A stretch of DNA of 64,000 nucleotides. It comes from an uncultured cyanobacterium (GTDB lineage Bacteria; Cyanobacteriota; Cyanobacteriia; CAKZMO01). Below, in pieces: positions 1 through 11,360 of the stretch. The position numbers and the translations under genes are program-made. Position 1 is the first letter of the stretch. Every line of letters begins with the position of its first letter. The notes under the pieces are model-generated. The model ran no database searches. It was given only the letters and a program-made list of their open reading frames with translations, and was not told where the DNA came from. Location: NCBI GenBank assembly GCA_963719515.1, contig CAVRCJ010000007.1:130287-194286 (forward strand), in the 5' to 3' direction.

Positions 1-1
1 G

Positions 2-370
2 ATTCGGGCTTTGACCTCCAAAGACTTCTCAATATATTGCGGGGATGATTCTTTGACGCTGCCGCTGCTGTCCATTGGCGGATGCGGCGTGGTGAGCGTG
101 GCCAGTCATTTGGTGGGCGATCGCCTGCAGCAGATGGTGGGAGCCTATCAGGCTGGACGCCCTGATGAGGCGGCGGCAATTCACCTACAGCTCTTCCCTC
201 TATTCAAGGCGCTGTTCGCTCAAACTAACCCAATACCGGTAAAAGCGGCTCTGCGGCTCGCGGGATGGGACGTTGGCGACTGCCGCTCTCCGCTGTGTAG
301 CGTTTCTGCTGCTGCTGCTCAAACCTTGAGCGAAGTACTTCAAGATCTGGCACTTCTTGCCGCAGAATAG
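2..370 (+). CDS. dapA: 4-hydroxy-tetrahydrodipicolinate synthase, C-terminal part (truncated by window edge)
   Basis: IYCGDD...GGCGVVSVASH...TNPIPVKAAL motifs; lies upstream of RNase J as is usual in cyanobacteria. Confidence 0.93.
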   Translation: MRALTSKDFSIYCGDDSLTLPLLSIGGCGVVSVASHLVGDRLQQMVGAYQAGRPDEAAAIHLQLFPLFKALFAQTNPIPVKAALRLAGWDVGDCRSPLCSVSAAAAQTLSEVLQDLALLAAE

Positions 371-846
371 GTAGCTTGTGCTAATAATGTTAATAGGGAC
401 AAGGAATTCCCGCTGACTCTGGACTAATGCTCGGGATACAATTTCTGAGAAGCAGTCTGTAGCTAGAGGTCTACAGCACAGATAGCGAGAGGGGATTCAG
501 CTGCTAGGACTGGATCGCAGCCTATAGCGTTTAACCTGGAAAAGTTCTGAGCTGCGGGCTTAGAGTGGGGCCAGTGAACGGCCTCCAGAACAGCCAGCGC
601 CAGACCCAACGATGAGGTTTTGGCATTAAAACCTGTCAGTAGCAAAGTTTCTGACAACTGAATATCTAAAGCAGGTCGCTACCCTACCGTATCGGCTGTC
701 GGTCTAACGCACAAGCTCGGTCACTATACCGATGGCTTGACTAGCGAATTCTTGGACAGCTGATTCTAATAGCAAAACCGAATCCGATGAGGTTTTGCAC
801 CAGAAACGATTTGACGTACGTACAATTGATGTATTAAAGGACACAC

Positions 847-2553
847 ATGATTCGAAATGGCTCATCAAAAGCTCTAAAAGTTATTCCCCTAGGGGGACTT
901 CACGAAATTGGAAAGAATACCTGCGTATTCGAATACAATGACGAAATTATTTTGCTAGACGCTGGTCTAGCCTTTCCGACCGACGGCATGCACGGCGTCA
1001 ACATTGTGCTGCCAGACGTCTCTTATCTACGGGAGAACCGCCACAAAATCAAGGGGATGATCGTCACCCACGGTCATGAAGACCACATCGGCGGGATTGC
1101 CTTTCACCTTAAGCAGTTTGATATTCCCGTAATCTATGGGCCACGCCTGGCGATGGCTTTACTACAAGGGAAGCTTCAAGAAGCAGGCGTAGCCGATCGC
1201 ACAGAGCTACGGACGGTACGTCCCCGGGACATGGTGCGCTTGGGCAGTTCGTTCATCGTGGAGTACATTCGCAATACTCACTCCATTGCCGATAGCTTTA
1301 CGGTTGCTATCCATACTCCTATCGGTGTGGTAATTCACTCCGGCGACTTCAAAGTAGACCACACGCCCGTCGACGGTGAGTACTTCGACTTTCAGAAGCT
1401 GGCGGAGTACGGCGAGAAGGGCGTGCTCTGTCTGCTGAGCGATTCTACCAACGCCGAGATTCCGGGCTCTACGCCCTCTGAGCGCTCGGTTTACCCCAAC
1501 CTAGATCGGGTATTTGGTAAAGCCGAAGGGCGGCTGCTGGTGACGACTTTTGCCTCTTCTGTCCACCGCGTCAACATGATTTTGGATCTGGCCGGGAGAC
1601 ACGATCGCAAGGTCGCTGTAGTCGGACGCTCCATGCTGAACGTGATTGCTCACGCCCGCGAGCTGGGCTATATCAAGTGCGAGGACAAGCTATTTGTGCC
1701 GCTGAAGCAGGCTAGATCTTTGCCGGACGACAAGCTGCTAATTTTAACAACGGGCTCTCAAGGGGAGCCGATGGCGGCACTCACCCGCATCGCTCGCAAG
1801 GAGCACCGGCAGCTTAAAATCCAGCAGGGGGATACGGTGGTCTTTTCCGCTAACCCCATCCCAGGCAACACCATTGCCGTGGTTAACACCATCGACCAGC
1901 TGATGATGCAGGGCGCTAAAGTGGTGTACGGCCGCAACGAAGGCCTGCATGTCTCCGGGCATGGCGCTCAAGAGGATCATAAGCTGATGCTGGCGCTGAC
2001 GCGGCCCAAGTTCTTCGTTCCCGTCCACGGCGAGCATCGAATGCTGATTAAGCACTCCCAGACGGCTCAGAGTATGGGCATTCCTGAGGAGAATATGGTC
2101 ATCATCGACAACGGCGATGTGGTAGAGCTGACGGAGAACTCGATTCGAGTCGCCGATAAGGTTTCTTCGGGTATCGAGCTGATGGATGCAGCCCGCAACG
2201 GCGTTGTTCAGGCCCAAACTCTCCGCGATCGCCAGCATTTGGCTGAAGAAGGACTGATTACCATTGCGGTCACGGTGGACAGAGGCCGGTTAGTAACCCA
2301 GCCTGAAATTAATCTACGGGGCGTGGTGACTTCAATTTCGAAAGAGCGCATGATCAAGCTCGCAACTCAGACCATTGAGTCGAGCTTGTCAAACGCCAGC
2401 CGCCGTAATGCTCAGGACGACTGGGCTAGGCTTCAGTCCACTCTGGAGCTAGAGCTGCGGCGCTCGTTCCGGCGTGAGCTACGCAGCAATCCCTTCCTGG
2501 TGCTGCTTCTGCAGTCTCTAGAGACGTCTAAACAGGCTGTTGCTGCCTCTTAG
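847..2553 (+). CDS. rnj: Ribonuclease J
   Basis: PLGGLHEIGKN, THGHEDHIG metallo-beta-lactamase motif, HVSGH, PVHGE. Confidence 0.97.
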   Translation: MIRNGSSKALKVIPLGGLHEIGKNTCVFEYNDEIILLDAGLAFPTDGMHGVNIVLPDVSYLRENRHKIKGMIVTHGHEDHIGGIAFHLKQFDIPVIYGPRLAMALLQGKLQEAGVADRTELRTVRPRDMVRLGSSFIVEYIRNTHSIADSFTVAIHTPIGVVIHSGDFKVDHTPVDGEYFDFQKLAEYGEKGVLCLLSDSTNAEIPGSTPSERSVYPNLDRVFGKAEGRLLVTTFASSVHRVNMILDLAGRHDRKVAVVGRSMLNVIAHARELGYIKCEDKLFVPLKQARSLPDDKLLILTTGSQGEPMAALTRIARKEHRQLKIQQGDTVVFSANPIPGNTIAVVNTIDQLMMQGAKVVYGRNEGLHVSGHGAQEDHKLMLALTRPKFFVPVHGEHRMLIKHSQTAQSMGIPEENMVIIDNGDVVELTENSIRVADKVSSGIELMDAARNGVVQAQTLRDRQHLAEEGLITIAVTVDRGRLVTQPEINLRGVVTSISKERMIKLATQTIESSLSNASRRNAQDDWARLQSTLELELRRSFRRELRSNPFLVLLLQSLETSKQAVAAS

Positions 2554-2561
2554 TGAGGGCT

Positions 2562-2660
2562 GAGCAGAGTTCATCTTGACGAAGAACTCTGCTCGAAATT
2601 GTTTTGATTCTCTAACTCAAACCCCCCACTGCCGAATAGGGCAGTGGGGGGTTTGAGTTA
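2562..2660. terminator. Two hairpins between convergent rnj and rpaA (likely bidirectional terminator)
   Basis: 11-bp inverted repeat 2562-2572/2584-2594 and perfect 21-bp inverted repeat 2613-2633/2640-2660. Confidence 0.75.
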
Positions 2661-2699
2661 AAGGCCTGAACTCGAAGACCGATCAGCCAGTAGTTCTTT

Positions 2700-3443
2700 T
2701 TACTGAGAGACGTTTGACTCTATCTCTTCAGGGGCTTCTTTACTGCTGGGCAGCTCGAGGCAGTAGCCCGCACCGTATACCGTTTTAATGTAGCTGGGAT
2801 GGCGCGGATCTGGCTCTAACTTGGTGCGCAGGTGTCGCACATGGACTCGGATCGTTTCGATGTCGTCGCTGGGGTCGTAGCCCCAGACTTCCTTCAAGAT
2901 TTCTCCTGGAGAAACGGTCTGTCCATGACGCTGCAGCAGACAGTGGATTAACTCAAACTCTAGGTGAGTGAGCTTGACGGTTTTGTCGAACCAGATAGCC
3001 TCTAGCCGTTCTGGAATCAGCGTTAGAGGGCCGTAGTTTAGAATCTCTGAACTCTTGGCGGCTTGGGGAATGCGATCGGTGCGCCGCAGCAGCGCCCGGA
3101 CGCGGGCCAGCATTTCTTCGATTTCAAATGGCTTGGTGAGGTAGTCGTCTGCCCCAGCGTTGAATCCGTCTACCTTGTCTTTAAGCTGGCCTAAGGCCGT
3201 GAGCATAAGAATTGGAATATCTGCTGTGCGGCTGTCGCGGCGCAGCCGCTGACAAACGGTAAAACCGTCTACCTTAGGCAACATGAGGTCAAGCATGATG
3301 AGATCGGGGATGATCTGAAGCGCCAGAGCCTGCCCTTTAATTCCATCTATCGCCTGATTCACGTCGTAACCAGCCATCTCTAAATTTACGGCGACAAGCT
3401 CCGATATAGCAGAGTCGTCATCAATGACAAGAATACGCGGCAT
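2700..3443 (-). CDS. rpaA: OmpR-family response regulator RpaA
   Basis: [25 protein letters not shown]...[38 protein letters not shown] closely matches the cyanobacterial RpaA sequence I recall. Confidence 0.95.
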   Translation of the reverse strand: MPRILVIDDDSAISELVAVNLEMAGYDVNQAIDGIKGQALALQIIPDLIMLDLMLPKVDGFTVCQRLRRDSRTADIPILMLTALGQLKDKVDGFNAGADDYLTKPFEIEEMLARVRALLRRTDRIPQAAKSSEILNYGPLTLIPERLEAIWFDKTVKLTHLEFELIHCLLQRHGQTVSPGEILKEVWGYDPSDDIETIRVHVRHLRTKLEPDPRHPSYIKTVYGAGYCLELPSSKEAPEEIESNVSQ

Positions 3444-3770
3444 ATCTTATGCAGGGGAAATAACAGCTTAATATTAATATGGAAAAATTTAACGAATCGT
3501 AAAATTGAGAAAAATTACTCAACACATTGGGTACGTATATTATAAGCCGGGACGTTACCTCCTCAAACCTCGAGCGAAGGATTCTCAGCCCCGAACTAAG
3601 CTGATAACCGCATCGACGCCCTCTGTTGGACTGCAGGTTGCCTCTATCTGAGCAGATCTTCCAGGCGCTTTATTGGCGATCGCGCACTTTGGGCGGTGGA
3701 GAAGTTTCAAGATATCTTCTGCAGACTCGATGTGCCCAGACACAATGCGTCTGGACCTAGTATGTTTAGA

Positions 3771-4850
3771 CTATGGCGCGTGCTGCAGCGGCTGAGCCTG
3801 AATCCAGTCTAGAACTCGGTTCCAGGCCCACCAGGGGTCGGGGTCACCGCAGCGCTGCTGCCCGCTATGGCTGTTGACGTAGCCCACGTGGCCGCCGTGT
3901 TCCGTCAGCAGCAGCTCGATAGCAGCGCTTGCGCTGGCCTTCGCTTTGAGGTCAGGGACGAGCGTGGGGTCAAACAGCGGGTCGTCAGCAGCGTAGATAA
4001 TGAGCGCTGGCTTTGTTAGGGTTTCTAGAAAATAGAGAGGGCTTGTGGCTTCGTAGTAGGCTTCGGTTGTCGGGAATCCGAGCTTAGGAATGACGATGTG
4101 CTGGTCAAACTGACGAATGCTCATCGCCTTGGCGATCGCCTCCGGGCTAACCTGACTAGGGTAAAGTTCATGCAGTCGCCAGGCCAGCTTTTGCAGCGTG
4201 CGGGCGATCGCCTGCTCAAGGTACCGTCCCAAAAAGGCTTGCTCCAGGTATCGCAACGAGCGGTCCGACTCTAGGCTGGGGCAAATCACCGCCGCCCCAC
4301 CAATATCACTGTCGGCAATGCCGTAGTTCCTTTGTAGGTCTGGCTCTTGCGCCGTTTTGAGGCCCCAAAGCGCTAGCTGCCCTCCCAAAGAAAAGCCCGT
4401 AAACCATACCGGAGCCGCGCAGCCTAACTTACGGGCTTGGGCCGCAATGTGAACAAAGTCTGGCCCCTCGTAAATGCCGTCAGAGGTAAGCGCAGGAGAC
4501 AGTTCTGCGGTTTTGCCGTGGGCCCGCCAGTCGAACAGCACGACGTCATAGCCTGCTGCAAATGCTTTACGCCCCATCAGCCGCAGAAACCACTGGTTGT
4601 CCAAATCTCCCGTAATGCCATAGGTGCCGACCACCGTACCGCGCCTTTGACGTTCTGGGGGCTGCTGTGCCACCAGACCCCACAGCGGCACTTGGTCAGC
4701 GCCATAGAACGTCGTTGGCTTGTAGGGGGGTGAGGGCGGTGCGCCATTTTGCCAGTTTTTGCTTGCCCCTAGCGCAGCGTACAGCGTCATGGCCACCCCG
4801 TTGCGCAGCATTGGGCTCGGCCTAAAGGAGGTGGGGTCAGAGGGCATCAT
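3771..4850 (-). CDS. YheT-family alpha/beta hydrolase
   Basis: GFSLGG nucleophile elbow, AADDP, HGGHVGY; start moved to the ATG overlapping the upstream gene's end. Confidence 0.85.
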   Translation of the reverse strand: MMPSDPTSFRPSPMLRNGVAMTLYAALGASKNWQNGAPPSPPYKPTTFYGADQVPLWGLVAQQPPERQRRGTVVGTYGITGDLDNQWFLRLMGRKAFAAGYDVVLFDWRAHGKTAELSPALTSDGIYEGPDFVHIAAQARKLGCAAPVWFTGFSLGGQLALWGLKTAQEPDLQRNYGIADSDIGGAAVICPSLESDRSLRYLEQAFLGRYLEQAIARTLQKLAWRLHELYPSQVSPEAIAKAMSIRQFDQHIVIPKLGFPTTEAYYEATSPLYFLETLTKPALIIYAADDPLFDPTLVPDLKAKASASAAIELLLTEHGGHVGYVNSHSGQQRCGDPDPWWAWNRVLDWIQAQPLQHAP

Positions 4851-5283
4851 GCTGGCCAACGGCATAGTCCCGAAAGCGAGCCATGTCGGCTTGGAGCGTG
4901 GACTCGACAATGCGCCCTAAAAACAGATTGTCCATCACTTTCCCCAGGATACCGGGGATGGCGTAGGCGACCGTTAGTTTGACCACCGTATGGCCTCGGC
5001 GATCGTAAAACCGGATCGCGCCGCGATTGGGCAGCCCGTTCACCGACTCCCACCGAATAATCTGGTGCTCTCTAATTTCAAGAATTCGAGAGAGCCACTT
5101 GAACTCTAAGCCGCCGGTGGCAAGCTTCCACTCCGATAGCTCGGGGTCGGCTTCTAGAACGGTGACGGAGTCGATCCACTTCATCCAGTTGGGCATTTGC
5201 TCCAGGTCAGACCACAGCCCCCAAGCCGTTTCAATGGGAACGTCGACGTCAACCTGTACGCTGTGTTCGAGCCAGTCGGCCAT
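4837..5283 (-). CDS. SRPBCC (polyketide cyclase/dehydrase-like) protein
   Basis: MADWLEHSVQVDVDVP...WSDLEQMPNWMKWI...IRWESVNGLPNRG; typical zds neighbour; ATG at 5283. Confidence 0.9.
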   Translation of the reverse strand: MADWLEHSVQVDVDVPIETAWGLWSDLEQMPNWMKWIDSVTVLEADPELSEWKLATGGLEFKWLSRILEIREHQIIRWESVNGLPNRGAIRFYDRRGHTVVKLTVAYAIPGILGKVMDNLFLGRIVESTLQADMARFRDYAVGQHDAL

Positions 5284-5382
5284 GGTGGGTAAGGGGGGCT
5301 GGTGGGTCAAGTGAACATCACTTTGCAAGGTCTGCTGCCCGGCAGCGAGAGCCAGCGGGGAGCTAGTAATGATAGCTTCGGG

Positions 5383-6843
5383 CTATACCGGTTGGGCTAC
5401 CGCAGGCTGATCCGCCATTTCCAGCACCGCTCTCGCCGCCTGCCGTCCCGATAGGGTAGCCCCTTCCATGCTGTCGATGTAGTCCTGCGCCGTGTAGCTG
5501 CCCGCCAAGAAAAAGTTGGACACCGGCGTAGCCTGAGTCGGGCGGTAGGGATCCATGCCCGGGGCTTCCCGGTAGAGGGACTGGGCCAGCTTGACGACGC
5601 TATACCAGGTCATGTTGAGCTGGCGGGATGAGGGGAACAGGGTATGAACCTGCTCTAACACATGGTGAGCGATCGCCTCGTTGGGCTGCTTGATGAACGG
5701 GTCGCCGGGGGTGAGCACCAGCTGCAGCAGAGAGCCCTGGCCCTCGCGGTAGTAGTCGCTGGGGCTCGTGAGGGCGAGATCCGCAAAGCAGGAGAAATCG
5801 GCGTCGGGGGTGTAGAGCAGGTTGTCGATGCCGGCGGCCTGGTCGATTTGGGTCATGGCCTCGGAGTCCTGCAGCTCGGTGACCCAGCCGTCAAACCGCA
5901 GCTGCACCGTAGCGACCGGAACGGCGCTCAGCTTATAGATGTTGTCGAACAACGCCCACTGCCGCCACTCGGGCGGGATGAGGCGCTTAACGCCGGGAAC
6001 GTCGCAGGCGCAGACGTAGGCGTCGGCTTTCACGGTGGTCTCTCCTTCCCCGTCGCTCACCAGTAGTCCCTTAACCCGCGTGTTCTCACCGTCTGAGTCA
6101 AACAAAACTTGCCGAATGCCCCGCCGGGTGTGAATCTTGACGCCGCGCGCCTCTAAATAGTCCAAAATGGGCTGGACTAAGAATCCCTGAGGGGAGCCCT
6201 CCAGCATCCGCAGCACGGAGGCCTCGGTGCGGGCCGCGAACAGCTGAAAGATCGTCAGCATGCAGCGGGCCGAGATTTCCTCGGTGTCGATGAAGCCCAG
6301 GGCATAGGCGATGGGGTTCCACATGCGCTTCAGGCTGCCGTTGGACCCGCCGTGGCGGCGAAACCAGTCGGCAAAGCTGACGCGGTCTAGCTCGCGGATA
6401 GTCTCCATCGCGCCGTCAAAGTCCACCAGACCGCGCACGATGGGGCTCGTGCCGAGGGCGATCGCGTTTTGGGCTTTATCCTGAACAGAAAGCTGAGAGG
6501 TGGTGAAAAAGGCCTTGAGGCCGTTGAAGGGAGCCCCGGTGAGAAAGCGGAAGTCTAGCGCGCCGGTCTTTCCTCCCTCATTAATAAAGGTGTGGATATG
6601 CTCCTTGAGCCGCAAATTGTCCCCTGCTCCCACCTTTTCCATCAGGGCAAACAGGTTGTAGTAGCAGCCAAAGAACACATGTAGCCCCATCTCGATGTGG
6701 TTGCCGTCGGGGTCGACCCAGCTGCCGACTTTGCCCCCCACAAAAGGGCGCGATTCAAAAATTTCAACGGCGTGACCCGCATCCGCTAGCTCGACGGCTG
6801 TGGATAATCCCGCTAGCCCTGCACCGATGATCGCAACTCGCAT
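5383..6843 (-). CDS. zds: zeta-carotene desaturase
   Basis: GAGLAG FAD motif, [29 protein letters not shown]. Confidence 0.96.
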   Translation of the reverse strand: MRVAIIGAGLAGLSTAVELADAGHAVEIFESRPFVGGKVGSWVDPDGNHIEMGLHVFFGCYYNLFALMEKVGAGDNLRLKEHIHTFINEGGKTGALDFRFLTGAPFNGLKAFFTTSQLSVQDKAQNAIALGTSPIVRGLVDFDGAMETIRELDRVSFADWFRRHGGSNGSLKRMWNPIAYALGFIDTEEISARCMLTIFQLFAARTEASVLRMLEGSPQGFLVQPILDYLEARGVKIHTRRGIRQVLFDSDGENTRVKGLLVSDGEGETTVKADAYVCACDVPGVKRLIPPEWRQWALFDNIYKLSAVPVATVQLRFDGWVTELQDSEAMTQIDQAAGIDNLLYTPDADFSCFADLALTSPSDYYREGQGSLLQLVLTPGDPFIKQPNEAIAHHVLEQVHTLFPSSRQLNMTWYSVVKLAQSLYREAPGMDPYRPTQATPVSNFFLAGSYTAQDYIDSMEGATLSGRQAARAVLEMADQPAVAQPV

Positions 6844-6906
6844 TCTGTCTTAACCTTAGCTATCTCTTGTTAATTATTCTAAACCGATGCCCCAGTCTTG
6901 TCCGCG

Positions 6907-8979
6907 CTAGCGCGGCTTGGTGGTCTTAGTTTTGGTTTTGGTCTTGGTGGCCCTGGGCTCCGGCTGCTTGCGGTGCTGCTTGCGATCGCCTTTGATGGTA
7001 AACAGCGGCAGCGTGAAGTGAAACTGGCTGCCCTGGCCTCGCCCTGCCGACACCGCCCAGATTTGGCCGCCCAAATTGCGGATCACCTGACGGCAAATGG
7101 CTAGCCCGAGCCCGGTCCCGCCCGCCGTGCGCCGTAGCGCTCCCTCTTCCTGGTAAAAGCGATCGAATACCGCTTCTAGGCGATTGGGCTCAATGCCGCG
7201 CCCCGTATCGGCCACGGTCACCTCCAGCATGCCGCGCCCGTCTCTATGGGCCTCAATGCTCACCTCTCCGGGGGAGTCGGTAAACTTGCAGGCGTTGTCC
7301 AGCAGCTTCGAGAGCACCTCCACCAGCCATTCCCCATCCGCCCGCACTAGCGGCAGCCCGTCGGGCACCTGAATTCTGATGGCGGGTAGCTCCTCGTTGC
7401 GCTGCCGCGCCCGGAGGCTGCTCAGCGCCAAATCTATGCATTCTTCCACCGACAGCGCTTCCACATGCCACTGGACGCGTCCGCTCTCTAGCTGAGAGAG
7501 GGTGAGAAAATCCTGCACCAGCTTGCGCATGCGCTCGGCGTCCTCTAGGGCCGTGCTCAACATCACCTGCCGCAGCTCTAGGGGCATGTCGGGCTCGCTG
7601 GCCAGACTCTCTAAACACACCTGAATCGTTGACAGCGGTGTCCTCAGCTCATGGCCCGTAATGGCAATCAGGTTGCTGCGGGTGCGCTCTAGGGCCTCAA
7701 ACTGCTGGTTCAGATTTTCTAGGTTAGTGTAGGCGTCGGCCTGAATCAGCGCCACCCCCAGCTGGGCGGCGATCGCTTCCACCATCTCTCGCTCGTGGAG
7801 GGTCCAACTCCGCTGAACTCTGCAGTCGTGCAGCTCAATCATGCCCATCAGCTTACCCTGATGCACCACAGGCATCAGCAGCCAGGAGAGAATTTTGAGC
7901 CGCTTGCTGGTGGCCTGGAGCGCCTTAATCTCTTTTGGGTTGTCGAGAGCAAAGGGCTGGTTTGAGCCCTTCACCGCCGCTAGACTATCGAGGGCGATCG
8001 CCTCTTGGCGCGTCATCACCTGCCGAATTAGGGCGTTTGTTTGCAGTGGCCAGGTCTCACCGACGAGGGAGGGCAGAGCGGGCTGCGACAAAAATTCGTG
8101 CTCAATGGGCGTCGCCTCATCCTCACTGCTGCAGCTGTAGATCAGACAGCGATCGGCTTTGAGCGCTTGCCCCAGCTCTTGCACAGCAACCGAGAAAATT
8201 TGATTGGTGTCCAGCGTTTGGCGAATGGCCGACGACATGAGATTGACCAACCGCTCGCGCCGCTCTTTGAGCGCAATCGAACGGTAGGCTTTGATTAGCT
8301 TGTACTGCCCGGCCTGTAGGTAGGTCACCAGCCGCTGGGCAAATGGGTCGGGGTCGACTTCCTGTGGGCTGCCGTTGGGGAGGCTGCCGGTTTCTAGGCT
8401 GCAGACAGCGGGCTCTAGATACTGCGATCGCGCCAGGGCAATCTTCTCCGACAGCTCTGGGCGATAGCTGAGTACTCGGTTCAGCATAATGTCCGCAGCT
8501 TCCCGGCAGACCTGGGGGTTGAAGGTCCAGATTCCCTCAAAGCGCCGGGTTTGGTCCATGCTTAGGGGCAGCGATACATTGGTGTCTGCGCCGTCGGTAA
8601 GGTATCGCTCCCGACAGACCAGACAGACGGAGTAAAGCGGGTTAATTACGATCAGATGCCACTCGCTGGTAAGCACGTCTGACGGGTCAAAGGCGACTTT
8701 CTCGTACTCGTCAGAGACGCTAGAGAAGCCCGTCTCGGGCGCGGCTAAGACGTAAACCTGATCGTTGCGCTTAGCGATGCGGAGATAGCGCTGAGCTTCC
8801 TGACGGTAGAAGCGCTCCCACTGGAAGCTAGCAATCACAAGTGAGGATGCTGACGTCGCTAAGACTTGATCCTCCATGGCGTGGGATAAGGCCGTTAGCG
8901 CAGACTTGAAATAGACCTGGGGCCGCAGCTTCGGTATTTGCTGCAGCAGCTCTTCCAGCACGGAGACGGAGCGACTCAT
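6907..8979 (-). CDS. DICT-GAF sensor histidine kinase
   Basis: N-terminal DICT-like YFKSALTALSHAMED/ASFQWERFY; GAF; H-box GHELRTPL; DTGRGI, GGTGLGL; start at MSRSVSVLEELL. Confidence 0.9.
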   Translation of the reverse strand: MSRSVSVLEELLQQIPKLRPQVYFKSALTALSHAMEDQVLATSASSLVIASFQWERFYRQEAQRYLRIAKRNDQVYVLAAPETGFSSVSDEYEKVAFDPSDVLTSEWHLIVINPLYSVCLVCRERYLTDGADTNVSLPLSMDQTRRFEGIWTFNPQVCREAADIMLNRVLSYRPELSEKIALARSQYLEPAVCSLETGSLPNGSPQEVDPDPFAQRLVTYLQAGQYKLIKAYRSIALKERRERLVNLMSSAIRQTLDTNQIFSVAVQELGQALKADRCLIYSCSSEDEATPIEHEFLSQPALPSLVGETWPLQTNALIRQVMTRQEAIALDSLAAVKGSNQPFALDNPKEIKALQATSKRLKILSWLLMPVVHQGKLMGMIELHDCRVQRSWTLHEREMVEAIAAQLGVALIQADAYTNLENLNQQFEALERTRSNLIAITGHELRTPLSTIQVCLESLASEPDMPLELRQVMLSTALEDAERMRKLVQDFLTLSQLESGRVQWHVEALSVEECIDLALSSLRARQRNEELPAIRIQVPDGLPLVRADGEWLVEVLSKLLDNACKFTDSPGEVSIEAHRDGRGMLEVTVADTGRGIEPNRLEAVFDRFYQEEGALRRTAGGTGLGLAICRQVIRNLGGQIWAVSAGRGQGSQFHFTLPLFTIKGDRKQHRKQPEPRATKTKTKTKTTKPR

Positions 8980-9313
8980 GAACTCTAGCCGATATTCTAA
9001 AAAGCTTCGCCAAAACCCGATACCGTCATTTCTAATGTTGTGCAAGTATTTATACCTGCAAGCATCGGACCACTGACGGTAAAACGCGAATCAGCACGGT
9101 CGATCACACGTAACGTACCCCAACGCTCCTTTAACAATACTACGGGGATGTCCGCCTCGGATCGGTAATCATCCCCTGCAGTAGACCCAAAGACGCTCTG
9201 TTGCGAGATTCACTGAGGCGATCGCTATTGGCATTGCCTGCGGTGCTGCCAGTCTACTGGCCTATCCGAGGCTGGATGATTTGTGGCCACGTTGATACTG
9301 TAGAGTGTCTATT

Positions 9314-10072
9314 ATGTATAGCGATGACGATCTAACTGTACTGAACGCTGTCGGCGGCTTTGAGAGCCCTCTAGACCGGCTAGCGGTCCAGGATGATGGC
9401 TCCAACGAGAGTTATCTCGATCCCGATGAGATGTTGGCGCTGTTGACCTCACCGGAAAACTCGCAGCGCATGTTGGCCGCTCGAGCCTTTTGCGAAATTC
9501 AGGACTCTCGGGCTATTCCTTTCCTCGTACAGCTGCTTGGCGACGCCTGTCCGCTAATTCGCGTGAGTGCCGCCTACGGTTTGGGACGTAACCCCAGTCT
9601 GGACGCCGTAGAGCCCCTCGTCTGTCAGCTTCAGACTGACTGGAATGGCTACGCCCGTAAGGGGATGGTGTGGGCATTGGGCAACTGCCGCGATCGGCGA
9701 TCGCTCCCGTCGTTGACCAATGCCCTGCGTACGGACATTTCTGCGGTGCGTCTATGGGCAGCGAGTGCCCTAGCCCAGATGTCGGAGATTGGCTATGACG
9801 CCATCATCGTTGCTATCCCACCTCTTATTGAAGCGCTGCGCCAAGACCCGATTGCGGCGGTGCGCAGCAACTGCGCCTGGTCCATCGGTCAGCTCTGCCG
9901 AGAATTGCCGTCCAATGTGGTCTATGCCACCGCTGTCGATGCATTGATTGAGGCATTTGCGGAAGATGATGACGTCGGCGTCAAGGAAGACGCACGCTCA
10001 GCGGTCCTGAAGCTAGGCGACCCTAGAGGGCTGCAGGTGATTGAAGAGGTGGAGCGGGACGGAATTTTGTAG
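9314..10072 (+). CDS. HEAT-repeat (PBS lyase-like) protein
   Basis: Repeated IRVSAAYGLG / VRLWAASAL / VRSNCAWSIG HEAT units. Confidence 0.85.
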   Translation: MYSDDDLTVLNAVGGFESPLDRLAVQDDGSNESYLDPDEMLALLTSPENSQRMLAARAFCEIQDSRAIPFLVQLLGDACPLIRVSAAYGLGRNPSLDAVEPLVCQLQTDWNGYARKGMVWALGNCRDRRSLPSLTNALRTDISAVRLWAASALAQMSEIGYDAIIVAIPPLIEALRQDPIAAVRSNCAWSIGQLCRELPSNVVYATAVDALIEAFAEDDDVGVKEDARSAVLKLGDPRGLQVIEEVERDGIL

Positions 10073-10192
10073 CCGCTTTGGGACGGCGCTGCCATATTTT
10101 CTCCCTGTTAAAGCGGCCGAAGCGGTCAGCTTGGCTGGGAGAGCGCATCAGTTGCCGCTAATATAGAGAAAACTCTTCTGAAGTAGCTCTAA

Positions 10193-10212
10193 CAATAGAA
10201 AAAACTCTATTG
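10193..10212. promoter_or_regulatory. Putative NdhR/CcmR operator (ATAG-N8-CTAT)
   Basis: CAATAG-aaaaaact-CTATTG palindrome ~60 bp upstream of the LysR gene; degenerate copy ATAG-N8-CTTC at 10163-10178. Confidence 0.65.
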
Positions 10213-10273
10213 AACTAGGGCAAGACGTCAGAGTGTCAGGTGCGCCCTAGTTTCTACAAGCGAGGAAATATTA

Positions 10274-11248
10274 ATGATTCACGCGACGCTGCACCAGTTC
10301 AAAGTGTTTGAGGCGACGGCTCGCCACGGCAGCTTTACCCGAGCGGCAGAGGAGCTATTTCTCACCCAGCCGACGGTCTCTATGCAGGTTAAACAGCTGA
10401 CTAAGTCTGTAGGGCTACCGCTGTTTGAGCAGGTCGGCAAGCGCCTTTATCTAACGGATGCGGGCCGGGAGCTATACACCGCCTGTCAAGACATCTTCGA
10501 GCAGCTCGACACCCTCGACATGAGAATTGCTGACCTCAAGGGCATGAAGCAAGGGCGGCTGCGCCTCGCAGTAATCACCACCGCTAAGTACTTTGTGCCT
10601 CGGCTGCTCGGTCCGTTTTGCCGGCGCTATCCCGGCATCGATATTTCTTTGACCGTGACTAATCATGAGCAGGCTATAGAGCGGCTTGCCGCCAATGAGG
10701 ACGACCTCTATGTCATGAGCCAGATTCCTCAGCATATCGACGTCAAAACCTATTCGTTTCTTGACAATCCGCTGGTGGTGCTGGCTCCCAAAAACCATCC
10801 GCTCGCTCAGCAGCGCAATATTCCCCTAAAGCGGCTGATGGATGAGCCCTTCATCATGCGGGAATCGGGGTCGGGGACGCGTCAGGCCATTTACGATCTG
10901 TTCAACAAACACAAAATTGACGTCAAAGTGCGGCTAGAGTTGGGCAGCAACGAAGCGATTAAGCAGGCGATCGCCGGCGGACTAGGGCTTTCAGTGCTCT
11001 CATGTCATACCCTGACGCCGGAAGGAAACCTGGGGGAACTGGCCATATTAGATGTAGAAGGGTTCCCCATCAAGCGTCAGTGGTATATTGTCCACCTGTC
11101 GGGGAAACAGCTTTCGGTAGTGGCCAGTACTTTCCTGGAGTACCTGCGGGCGGAGTCGGGACAGCTTGCGGAAAGTATCGTAGCGATTCAGCAGCGGCTG
11201 CTCAATCAAGATTGTCCTGATCCAGTCTCCCCTTCGACGGCAAGATAG
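10274..11248 (+). CDS. ndhR: CbbR-type LysR regulator, NdhR/CcmR-like
   Basis: ATLHQFKVFEATARHGSFTRAAEEL HTH, MRESGSGTR, LGSNEAIKQA; upstream ATAG-N8-CTAT site. Confidence 0.8.
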   Translation: MIHATLHQFKVFEATARHGSFTRAAEELFLTQPTVSMQVKQLTKSVGLPLFEQVGKRLYLTDAGRELYTACQDIFEQLDTLDMRIADLKGMKQGRLRLAVITTAKYFVPRLLGPFCRRYPGIDISLTVTNHEQAIERLAANEDDLYVMSQIPQHIDVKTYSFLDNPLVVLAPKNHPLAQQRNIPLKRLMDEPFIMRESGSGTRQAIYDLFNKHKIDVKVRLELGSNEAIKQAIAGGLGLSVLSCHTLTPEGNLGELAILDVEGFPIKRQWYIVHLSGKQLSVVASTFLEYLRAESGQLAESIVAIQQRLLNQDCPDPVSPSTAR

Positions 11249-11360
11249 AATAGAGCGATAATCATGCCATGATTGCGATCATTGGCATGGCGGTTGCGCG
11301 ATAGGTGTCTAGCGCGATTGCGGGCCTTGATCAGCAGGAACGGGAGGAATGGCGTAGTCC

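Noticed and set aside
371..846. Possible ncRNA or leader between dapA and rnj
   Set aside because: Only a short hairpin (772-798) and a 13-bp repeat; not enough to support a call.
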